DNA of 64,000 nucleotides from an uncultured Parachlamydiaceae bacterium (GTDB lineage Bacteria; Chlamydiota; Chlamydiia; Chlamydiales; Parachlamydiaceae): contig CAVULX010000003.1 of the NCBI GenBank assembly GCA_963742415.1, positions 224,001 through 288,000 of the forward strand. Direction: 5' to 3'. The position numbers were made by a program, and so were the translations under genes. Numbering within the stretch: the first letter of the stretch is position 1; each line of letters starts with the position of its first letter. Below are positions 21,397-29,398 of the stretch, piece after piece. The notes under the pieces were generated by a model. That model was not told where the DNA came from. It did no database searches and saw nothing but the letters and a program-made list of their open reading frames with translations.

Positions 21397-22119
21397 TTAT
21401 TCCGGCAGGTAAAGTTTTTGACCGATGATAATTTGATCGTTAATGAGATTGTTTATCTCTTTCAGCTTTTTGATGGACGTTCCATTTTGTTTGGCGATTT
21501 TTTCTAGGCTATCCCCTGATTTTACCTGGTAGGTCTTAACAGTGTCTTGAGAGGCTGCATCAGAAATCCCTTTAAACTCTTTATTTTGCAATATTTCCGT
21601 GACGTGTTTGAGAGCCTTTTGAATATTCTCAATGTTGCGATTTTGCAATTCAATGGTTTTTTCGAGATCAGCAATCCGCTTTTTGTACTCTGACAAAGCA
21701 TTGAATGAATCCGCGGTATGTTCTTTTAAGTGTGTTGCAATCTCTTTCGAAAAATTTTCGTTGTTGGCATACTTTGATTCGATTGTATTCGTTTGGGCTC
21801 GTAATGTGTCTCTGATGGTCTTGAGGGTGTTGTTGACTTGCTCCCTCAAAGAATCGATGATCTCTTCTTCTGTTTTGAATTTCTCTTCAAATACCCGTAA
21901 TTCAATTTCATGGTTATTCACTTTACTGCGTAGATCTGTAAGGGAATCTAAAATATCTTGCTGAAGATTGCTAGAGTCCGCCTCATAACTTGAACGGTTA
22001 CGCACAGATGCAGCATCAGCAACAGATGAAGAAAAAAATAAAAATATAAGTGTGAGCACGAAGATGGGTTGAAACCATCTTCGTGAGAGTCGTGTAAAAA
22101 TGTGATATGTCAAATGCAT
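21397..22119 (-). CDS. LysM peptidoglycan-binding coiled-coil protein
   Basis: Signal/TM, long coiled coil, C-terminal YQVKSGDSLEKIAK...IIGQKLYLP LysM domain; lies downstream of pal. Confidence 0.88.
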   Translation of the reverse strand: MHLTYHIFTRLSRRWFQPIFVLTLIFLFFSSSVADAASVRNRSSYEADSSNLQQDILDSLTDLRSKVNNHEIELRVFEEKFKTEEEIIDSLREQVNNTLKTIRDTLRAQTNTIESKYANNENFSKEIATHLKEHTADSFNALSEYKKRIADLEKTIELQNRNIENIQKALKHVTEILQNKEFKGISDAASQDTVKTYQVKSGDSLEKIAKQNGTSIKKLKEINNLINDQIIIGQKLYLPE

Positions 22120-22130
22120 CGATTCCAGGC

Positions 22131-22844
22131 CTAGTAGGGATTATAAATTTTAAATTCAGCACGGCGGTTTCTCGACCAGGCTTCTTCATGGTGGTCTAAT
22201 ACTAAAGGACGTTCTTTACCATAAGAGATCGTAAAGACATTATTGGGATTCACCCCAGCATTGACGAGAAGTTCTCTGACTGCATTGGCTCGGCGAGATC
22301 CCAATGATAGATTATAAGCTTCCGGCCCCCGTTCATCGCAATGCCCTTCAATAAAAATATAAGTATAAGGATGTTGACGCAAGTAAACTGAAACATTGTG
22401 AAGTGTTTCCATGTTTTCATCCCCTTTTACAAGATATTGATTGTAGTCGAAGGAGATACTTTTAAAAATCCCTGCGAGTTGAGGATGAGTGCTAGGATCT
22501 TGAAATGCTTCAATCCCTGGAACGGAACTGCCTGGATCACCGGGGGTTTCTCTGGGAGGCGGGGCTGACATCATATCCATCCCAATTCCTTCTCTAGAGC
22601 TGTCCTGCAAGGGGATAAAATCTTCCCCAGCATAACAATCTTGATCTATCGAATAAAATTCGTCACGGGAACACACAGCTCTGGAGTCCCCCCGTTTTCC
22701 GCTTAAGGTGCGCAATCCCCGTTTCATATGCCTGCTGCACGACTTGGTATCGTCCCACACATCGTCGGAAGACCGGCAGCAGCCTGCTAAAGCCGCGCAA
22801 ATGACGGCCACATTTATTAACAGCGAAAGTTTTGTTATTTTCAT
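22131..22844 (-). CDS. pal: Peptidoglycan-associated lipoprotein (OmpA-like domain)
   Basis: Lipobox LAGC, IEGHCDERG...YNLSLGSRRA, ISYGKERP, NRRAEF. Confidence 0.95.
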   Translation of the reverse strand: MKITKLSLLINVAVICAALAGCCRSSDDVWDDTKSCSRHMKRGLRTLSGKRGDSRAVCSRDEFYSIDQDCYAGEDFIPLQDSSREGIGMDMMSAPPPRETPGDPGSSVPGIEAFQDPSTHPQLAGIFKSISFDYNQYLVKGDENMETLHNVSVYLRQHPYTYIFIEGHCDERGPEAYNLSLGSRRANAVRELLVNAGVNPNNVFTISYGKERPLVLDHHEEAWSRNRRAEFKIYNPY

Positions 22845-22870
22845 ATGAGCCTCGATCTCTTAGTTTTGAA

Positions 22871-24250
22871 TTATCTATTTACCATAAATTTGGGTTCCCA
22901 ATCGGGATAATGTTTTTCACCGGGTCCGCTTGTAATTTTTACTGCTTTCGGTTGATTTAGGTTAATAAGGTATAATTCACTTTCTCGACTATCGGTTGAA
23001 TTGAAAATTAAATGCAAGCTATTAGGAGCCCAGGCGGGGTTTTCCTTATTTCCGGGACCTTGTGTGATTTGCCGTTCTTCCCTTTTAGAGAAGTCGTACA
23101 GCCATATCTGCCTTGTCCCATTGGTAAGGGTGCAATAGGCGAGTTTAGAACCATCGGGAGACCAGGCGGGCGCCGAGCTTTCCCTAGATTGCTTAGAGAT
23201 CAGCCTGGGGGCGAGATCCACCAGATTTGCTCCAGGCCCTGGAATCTCCATCACGTAAATGCGGGCATAGCCATCTTTGTTCGATACAAAAGCAATTTGC
23301 CTCCCATCCTGACTAAAAGCAGGGGATCCTTGAGCTGCAGAGCGGGAAGCAAATATCTGCTGCGGTTTTCCTAAGGCGCCCGCATCTGGGTTGAAATATT
23401 GGATAAAAAGATCTGGGTTCCCTGTGACATCGCTAATGAAGGCGATTTTATCCCGTTGTCTTGAAATGGCAGGCATTAACTGGTTGCCGCGCATGTAGGA
23501 AAATCTTTGCCCTGTCCCATCCTGAAGGGAAGCATAATAGATTTTAGGCTGCCCGTTGAGATAGGAAACATAAAAAAAAGATCCGCTTGCATATCCACTT
23601 TTAGGCGGCACATAAGCTGGGGTGACGCAATATCCCCCTTCTTGAGTGACCCGGCGGGGATTTCCCCCATCATAATCAGCCTCCCAGACATCGGAAACCC
23701 AAACCCCTTTGTCATTTTTTGTTTTTAACGTAAATAGCACATGTGTGGTCGCGATCCCTTCGGTGCCAAAAAGGGCTTGATGGATCTGATCGGCCAGTTG
23801 ATGGATCGTTTGCCTATCCAGCTCTAGATGGCCTGTTAAAGGGAGGTTGTCGACTGCGTTCAAGGTGTTGGGTATTGTCGCTAAAAGGCGTGCGGACAGC
23901 TTTTTTTCTTTCAATTTAATCATCACAACATAATGGACATTGAGCGCTTTCCACTGAACCCCTGGTGTAGGAGCATCGAAGGCCTCTTTTTTAGCCAAGG
24001 CATCTCTCGGACTACTATGCTTAACCAAAAAAGTCATCCCATTGTTATTTAGGTCAAACTGCAGAACTTTTTCCAACTTATTAATATAGGCTTGATCAAA
24101 TCCTGAATTTTCATTGATAAAAGTCCCTAAATAGAGGGGCAGCAGCGAAACATCGGTGTCGAGCTTAACAATGATCTCCTCCTCATGGCAAAAAGCCAAG
24201 GATTGGACAGTCAAAATCAATAGGAATGTAAGTTTTATCAATCTTTGCAT
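22871..24250 (-). CDS. tolB: Tol-Pal system beta-propeller protein TolB
   Basis: Signal peptide; PD40 repeats (PAFSQDGRQIAF, PAWSPDGSKLAY); directly upstream of pal. Start MQRLIK at 24250. Confidence 0.93.
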   Translation of the reverse strand: MQRLIKLTFLLILTVQSLAFCHEEEIIVKLDTDVSLLPLYLGTFINENSGFDQAYINKLEKVLQFDLNNNGMTFLVKHSSPRDALAKKEAFDAPTPGVQWKALNVHYVVMIKLKEKKLSARLLATIPNTLNAVDNLPLTGHLELDRQTIHQLADQIHQALFGTEGIATTHVLFTLKTKNDKGVWVSDVWEADYDGGNPRRVTQEGGYCVTPAYVPPKSGYASGSFFYVSYLNGQPKIYYASLQDGTGQRFSYMRGNQLMPAISRQRDKIAFISDVTGNPDLFIQYFNPDAGALGKPQQIFASRSAAQGSPAFSQDGRQIAFVSNKDGYARIYVMEIPGPGANLVDLAPRLISKQSRESSAPAWSPDGSKLAYCTLTNGTRQIWLYDFSKREERQITQGPGNKENPAWAPNSLHLIFNSTDSRESELYLINLNQPKAVKITSGPGEKHYPDWEPKFMVNR

Positions 24251-24269
24251 ATTCTGGCGACGCGTTAAC

Positions 24270-25058
24270 TTAAAAATCATGGCTAAGGGTAATGGAGAAA
24301 CTCCTTTCAGCTATGCCTGGAAAGTTGGATCCAAAAGGGGGAAAGCTCAACTGGGGTAATGCGCTTTCGACATATTTCTTATTTATTTCGCTTACAGCAT
24401 TGACCACCACGAGCCTAACAAACCGGCCCGAACGTTCCAGCGTTAACTTGATTTTTACTTCTCCATATTCAGGCAAACGGAGCAACAGCTTTAAGCGGCC
24501 AGCAAGTTCGTCATGATAGTGTTGTTCTTCAGAAGTCGTTCTTCCCGATTCTTCCGAAGAAAAAGCCGATGGGGCTCTCATTTCTGGAATCTTCAATTCC
24601 TGTTGCTTCAAAAGTTGACCTGCCCCATTGTTATCGCTCGTTAGCTGAATTTTTGCAATGCTTTCTTGCGCTTTTGCCAAAAGTGCTTGTCGTTCAGTTT
24701 TCTTAGCTTCATTTTTGACAACTATTTCTTTCTTTTTACTGATGTTTTTTTTGACCGCCTCTTTTTTTACAACTTTTTTTTGACTTTTTTTTGCGCTTGG
24801 CTTGGGAGGAGAAACCTCTAAGATTGGAACAGGAGTTAGAACGACTGACTGGGGAGCCTCTTTAACAACCGTGTTTTCAACTTTAGGTTCTTTCAGGGAA
24901 ATTGTTTTTACGGCTAGTTTTATTTGGGTGGAGGGCTTGCTTCTCTGTTCGCTCAAGCGGCCCAATTGATAGAGAATTAGCAGATGCAGGGTGATGACCA
25001 CCAAGGCAATGGATATCAACTGTCTATTTTGAATAGCAATAGATTGTATATAAAACAC
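24270..25058 (-). CDS. TolA/TonB-like energy transducer
   Basis: N-terminal TM with conserved His (ITLHLL), K/P-rich linker, TonB_C-like tail; position in the tol operon. Confidence 0.7.
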   Translation of the reverse strand: MFYIQSIAIQNRQLISIALVVITLHLLILYQLGRLSEQRSKPSTQIKLAVKTISLKEPKVENTVVKEAPQSVVLTPVPILEVSPPKPSAKKSQKKVVKKEAVKKNISKKKEIVVKNEAKKTERQALLAKAQESIAKIQLTSDNNGAGQLLKQQELKIPEMRAPSAFSSEESGRTTSEEQHYHDELAGRLKLLLRLPEYGEVKIKLTLERSGRFVRLVVVNAVSEINKKYVESALPQLSFPPFGSNFPGIAERSFSITLSHDF

Positions 25059-25069
25059 TCAAAGCTCTG

Positions 25070-25498
25070 TTATGATGGTTTTAAAATAATATCCATCTCA
25101 CTGAAGCCAACCTGTTCGGCAGTATTTTTGATGGCTTGATAGGTCCCAAAAAAAGCCCGTTTATCATGAAAAAGCTGCAGGCGCGCTGTGGGATATTTTT
25201 TTTTGGCTTCTGCAAGGAGGAGAGGCAGTTTTCCAAGTTCGACTTTTTTGCCGTTAAACGTGATCACGTTATCTTTATGCACATGGATGGACAAGGGGCT
25301 AGCCTCACGGGCTTCAATGCTCCCGCTCTGTTCAGTTCCGGCATCTGCCAACTCGACCCGATCCAACTCAAGCAAAGGGGCTACCAAAATGAACATGATC
25401 AAAATGACAAACACAACATCGATCAAAGGGGTCAGGTTAACTACAGGTTCCTCAGTGTCCTTACTCTTAAAACGATTTCCTTTGATAATCCTTGACAT
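25070..25498 (-). CDS. exbD: ExbD/TolR biopolymer transport protein
   Basis: VNLTPLIDVVFVILIMF motif. Confidence 0.92.
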   Translation of the reverse strand: MSRIIKGNRFKSKDTEEPVVNLTPLIDVVFVILIMFILVAPLLELDRVELADAGTEQSGSIEAREASPLSIHVHKDNVITFNGKKVELGKLPLLLAEAKKKYPTARLQLFHDKRAFFGTYQAIKNTAEQVGFSEMDIILKPS

Positions 25499-25510
25499 GC
25501 CTCCCTACCA

Positions 25511-26263
25511 TCACTCCACATTAACTTTTCGGTATTGCATCTCAACGGCCGTTAAAAGGTCGGTAGAAAACCCCTCCATATCGGTTTCGAAATCCCGGAT
25601 GACATTTTTTAAATAATTGTATCCTATTAAAGCTGGAATTGCATCAAGCAATCCCAAAACCGTTGTGGCCAAAGCTAGCGAAAGGCCGCTAAGCACCATT
25701 TGATTCGTGCTTCCTCCGGTCGAAGCCTGGATTTCTGAAAATGTGGTCAATATCCCCCAAACTGTACCCAGCAAACCCAGAAATGGACCCAAGGTTACAA
25801 TGGTCGCTAAAATAAAAAGATATTTTTCCAAATGGCTTATTTGAAATGAGATCGTTGAACTGAGGTGAGCCTGAACAATCTCAACGTCAGAGGGTGACAG
25901 ATAAGCAATTATATTCTCGCTGCCGCTCCTATCTGATTGGGTCATCCCGAAGATCCGGTTTTTATTTAAAATTTCCACTGTGTTCTTTTTTAATGTTTGA
26001 TACAAATGGAAGAACGGATTGGATTGAACTTCGATTTGGGACGCTTCGATGTTTAAAGGGTTTTGTTTGGATGTCTGAAAAATTTTATTGAACTTCTTGG
26101 CATTTTTGCGCACTTTGGCTGTTAGCAAACATTTATAAATCACTAATATCCAAGTACATATAGATAAAAAAAACAAACCGATAAAAATGCATTTTCCGAG
26201 AAAATCTGAATGAAAATATGCCTCTAAGAAAGGGTTTACCGCAAAAAATATCTTTACATTCAT
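25511..26263 (-). CDS. tolQ: MotA/TolQ/ExbB proton channel protein
   Basis: GPFLGLLGTVWGI, ALATTVLGL..AIPALIGYN. Confidence 0.92.
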   Translation of the reverse strand: MNVKIFFAVNPFLEAYFHSDFLGKCIFIGLFFLSICTWILVIYKCLLTAKVRKNAKKFNKIFQTSKQNPLNIEASQIEVQSNPFFHLYQTLKKNTVEILNKNRIFGMTQSDRSGSENIIAYLSPSDVEIVQAHLSSTISFQISHLEKYLFILATIVTLGPFLGLLGTVWGILTTFSEIQASTGGSTNQMVLSGLSLALATTVLGLLDAIPALIGYNYLKNVIRDFETDMEGFSTDLLTAVEMQYRKVNVE

Positions 26264-26354
26264 GTATATTTCCTGTATAATAAATAGGAATTTTTAGACA
26301 TACTCTCTTGTTCTTTTTTAATGAACAGATTATGCTAGCCGGAGAGGAAAAATC

Positions 26355-28616
26355 TTGAAAGAGAAAAAAATAAACTATTTCGTTCTTTTTGTTTTTTGGG
26401 TCTATCTGTCGTCTGCCTTGTTTTTGCATGCAGGCGATGAAAAGCTATCCCCTTCTATGGGGACCTTTAACTCCTCTGGGGTAGAAGATCCTATCCAAAT
26501 CGATCTCATTGCTGAAGAAGAAGCGATTCAACCAGGTCGCCCTTTTTGGGTGGCGATCCATTTTCAATTAGAGAAAGGGTGGCATGCTTACTGGAAAAAT
26601 CCGGGAGATGCGGGAATGACTTCAGCCATTGATTGGGTTCTGCCAAAGGGGTTTACTGCCTCCGCAACGCAATGGCCCTATCCCCAGAAGTTCAACCAAG
26701 ATTCGATGATCACTTTTGGTTATGAAGATGAAGTTTGGCTCTTAACTCGGATTACCCCGCCCGCAACCCTTGATCAAAATACTCCGGTGAAAATTGGGGC
26801 TGACATAGACTGGCTCGTTTGTTCCGATACAACCTGTTTGCCGGGAATAAAAGCGGTCTCGATGCAAATCCCGGTGACCTCATCAAAGCCCCGCCTGCGA
26901 AAAGAGTGGGAATCCGCCTTTTCACAAGCCAGGGAGAAACTTCCAAAAAAACAATGGAATCTTAAAGCCTACCGTTCAAATGGCTTGATCGAATTGCGTC
27001 TGCAAGCTCCTGTCCATCACTTGACAACCTATACAGCAGCCGAATTTTTCCCTGAACATAAAGGGATTGACGTGAAAGGCAGCGCAACCTTACTGACGAA
27101 AGAAAACCGCCCCGGAGCCTATGTTTTAGCTCTAAAAGAGGATGATAGTGATGAAAAAACCCCTTTCTTAAGAGGGGTCGTCGTTTTGCAAAATGATGCT
27201 TCATTAACTGAAGCTATCGATATAAACCTTCCGCTTGTTGATCGGAGCCAAGAAGAGGAGATCTCTTTTGCTGACTCCAAAAATGAACCAGCTATTAAAT
27301 CTCCTCAATTGGATGTGCAGATCACCCAAACTTCAGCAGAAGATCAAATCGGTTTTGTCTGGGCGTTACTCTTCGCGTTTATCGGCGGAATGATCCTCAA
27401 CTTGATGCCTTGTGTTCTTCCTGTCATGTCCGTGAAAGTCTTGAGCTTTGTTAAACTGGCCAGCGAAAACCGTTCGACGACGCTTAAGCATGGCGCCGCT
27501 TTCACCTTTGGAGTGCTTCTTTCTTTCTGGGTTTTAGCAGGGCTGCTGCTCATTTTGCAAGCCTATGGAAATAGTGTGGGGTGGGGATTCCAATTGCAAG
27601 AGCCTCTGTTTGTGGCTGCCTTAGCTGCATTATTGCTTATTTTTAGCTTGAGCCTTTTTGGTGTTTTCGAAATAGGCGCCTCTGTGACGGCTTATGCCGG
27701 CCAAGCCAACATGCGTCAAAAAACCGGCCTTATCGCCTCCTTTTTAAGCGGTGTTTTAGCTACCGCTGTAGCAACTCCATGCACAGGCCCTTTTCTTGGA
27801 ACTGCGATCGGCTTCGCTGTCACACTTTCCCCTCTCCCTGCCCTTTTAATCTTTACTTCATTGGGGCTGGGAATGGCATTCCCTTATTTGCTGCTTGCAG
27901 CTTTCCCCCGATTGCTCCGTTTTATGCCCAAACCTGGGGCCTGGATGGAAACCTTTAAAGAGGTGATGGGCTTCCTCATGCTAGCCACCGTCCTATGGCT
28001 TATATGGGTCTTTGGAGCTCAGACAAATACCTTAGGTGTCGCTTTGTTGCTCGCCGGATTTTTCTTCTTGTCAATAGGATGTTGGATTTTGGGCAAATGG
28101 GGAACTCCGATACAATCAAAAACCGTGCGCGCCATCGGCTATCTATTTGCTGCCCTTTGGTTTGGAGCAGGAAGCTATATCATTGTAAACTCAACGGCTG
28201 CTTGGGTGATCGCTTATGATGTCCCTCAAGCTAACCAGACCGTTACAGCAGATGCTTGGGAGCCTTTTTCAGCGGAACGGGTGGCGGACCTCCAAAAAAA
28301 AGGAATTCCTGTATTCGTTGATTTTACTGCCAAATGGTGTTTGATTTGTCAAGCCAACCATTTAGTTCTAGTGAGTGACGCTGTCGCTACCAAATTTGAC
28401 GCGTTAGGGGTTGTGAGGATGAAAGCCGACTGGACCCGCAAGGATGGAAAAATAACAGAAGCTTTGCGCCAATTCGGCCGCAATGGAGTGCCTTTGTATG
28501 TCTTGTACGGGGCTAATTCAGAGACGGCCGCTATCCTCCCCCAAGTTTTGACTCCTGAAAATGTTTTAGAACATTTGAATAAGCTGGAAAGACAAATCGC
28601 CGAGTCTAAGCGATGA
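26355..28616 (+). CDS. dsbD: Thiol:disulfide interchange protein DsbD
   Basis: GWHAYWKNPGDAG and C..TTC N-domain, NLMPCVLP and TPCTGPF TM cysteines, thioredoxin WCLIC. Confidence 0.93.
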   Translation: MKEKKINYFVLFVFWVYLSSALFLHAGDEKLSPSMGTFNSSGVEDPIQIDLIAEEEAIQPGRPFWVAIHFQLEKGWHAYWKNPGDAGMTSAIDWVLPKGFTASATQWPYPQKFNQDSMITFGYEDEVWLLTRITPPATLDQNTPVKIGADIDWLVCSDTTCLPGIKAVSMQIPVTSSKPRLRKEWESAFSQAREKLPKKQWNLKAYRSNGLIELRLQAPVHHLTTYTAAEFFPEHKGIDVKGSATLLTKENRPGAYVLALKEDDSDEKTPFLRGVVVLQNDASLTEAIDINLPLVDRSQEEEISFADSKNEPAIKSPQLDVQITQTSAEDQIGFVWALLFAFIGGMILNLMPCVLPVMSVKVLSFVKLASENRSTTLKHGAAFTFGVLLSFWVLAGLLLILQAYGNSVGWGFQLQEPLFVAALAALLLIFSLSLFGVFEIGASVTAYAGQANMRQKTGLIASFLSGVLATAVATPCTGPFLGTAIGFAVTLSPLPALLIFTSLGLGMAFPYLLLAAFPRLLRFMPKPGAWMETFKEVMGFLMLATVLWLIWVFGAQTNTLGVALLLAGFFFLSIGCWILGKWGTPIQSKTVRAIGYLFAALWFGAGSYIIVNSTAAWVIAYDVPQANQTVTADAWEPFSAERVADLQKKGIPVFVDFTAKWCLICQANHLVLVSDAVATKFDALGVVRMKADWTRKDGKITEALRQFGRNGVPLYVLYGANSETAAILPQVLTPENVLEHLNKLERQIAESKR

Positions 28617-29398
28617 ACGGAAAGTTCTTCGATTCACATGCCCATTTAACATCCGAATCGGTTTATCCTGAAGTTGACAGAATTCTAGAACGCGCCCAAG
28701 CGGCAGGGGTTGAATCTATTGTAAATATATGTACAGACCACGCTTCTTTGGAAAAAGGGCTTGAGCTTGCCCGCCATTATCCATGGGTTGTCAATGCAGG
28801 GGCTACTACGCCCCACGATGTCGATGCAGAAGGGGAAACGATGTTTCCTGAATTTGCAAAATGTGCAAAGGAAGGAGCGTTTGTAGCTGTTGGAGAAACT
28901 GGGTTGGATTATCATTACACCCATTCTCGGCCTGAAACACAAAAATATTTTTTGCAGCAGTACCTTCACCTCGCCTTAGAATGCACGCTGCCCGTCATCA
29001 TCCATTGCAGGGAAGCTTTTTCCGACCTTTTTCAAATTTTAGATGAAAATTATGTGATTGATGGAAAACATGCGCCGGGGGTTTTACATTGTTTTACAGG
29101 AACAGTTGAGGAAGCTCAGCAAGTGGTGGAGCGGGGTTGGTATTTATCTTTGAGTGGAATTGTCACTTTCAAAAAAAGCACAGAGCTAAGGGAAGTGGCC
29201 AAATTTGTTCCTCTTGGCCAATTGCTAATTGAGACCGATACCCCTTATTTGGCTCCTCAAAGCCACCGTGGAAAGCCCAACGAGCCATCTTATCTGTCAG
29301 AAATTGCCGAAATAATCGCGCAGGTTAAAGGATTGCCCGTTGAGGATGTTGCTAAGGCCTCATCTTATAATGCCCGCCGCTTGTTCCGTGTGCAGTAG
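28613..29398 (+). CDS. tatD: TatD family nuclease
   Basis: DSHAH, GETGLDY, IHCREA, LHCF, IETDTPYLAP. Confidence 0.95.
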   Translation: MNGKFFDSHAHLTSESVYPEVDRILERAQAAGVESIVNICTDHASLEKGLELARHYPWVVNAGATTPHDVDAEGETMFPEFAKCAKEGAFVAVGETGLDYHYTHSRPETQKYFLQQYLHLALECTLPVIIHCREAFSDLFQILDENYVIDGKHAPGVLHCFTGTVEEAQQVVERGWYLSLSGIVTFKKSTELREVAKFVPLGQLLIETDTPYLAPQSHRGKPNEPSYLSEIAEIIAQVKGLPVEDVAKASSYNARRLFRVQ

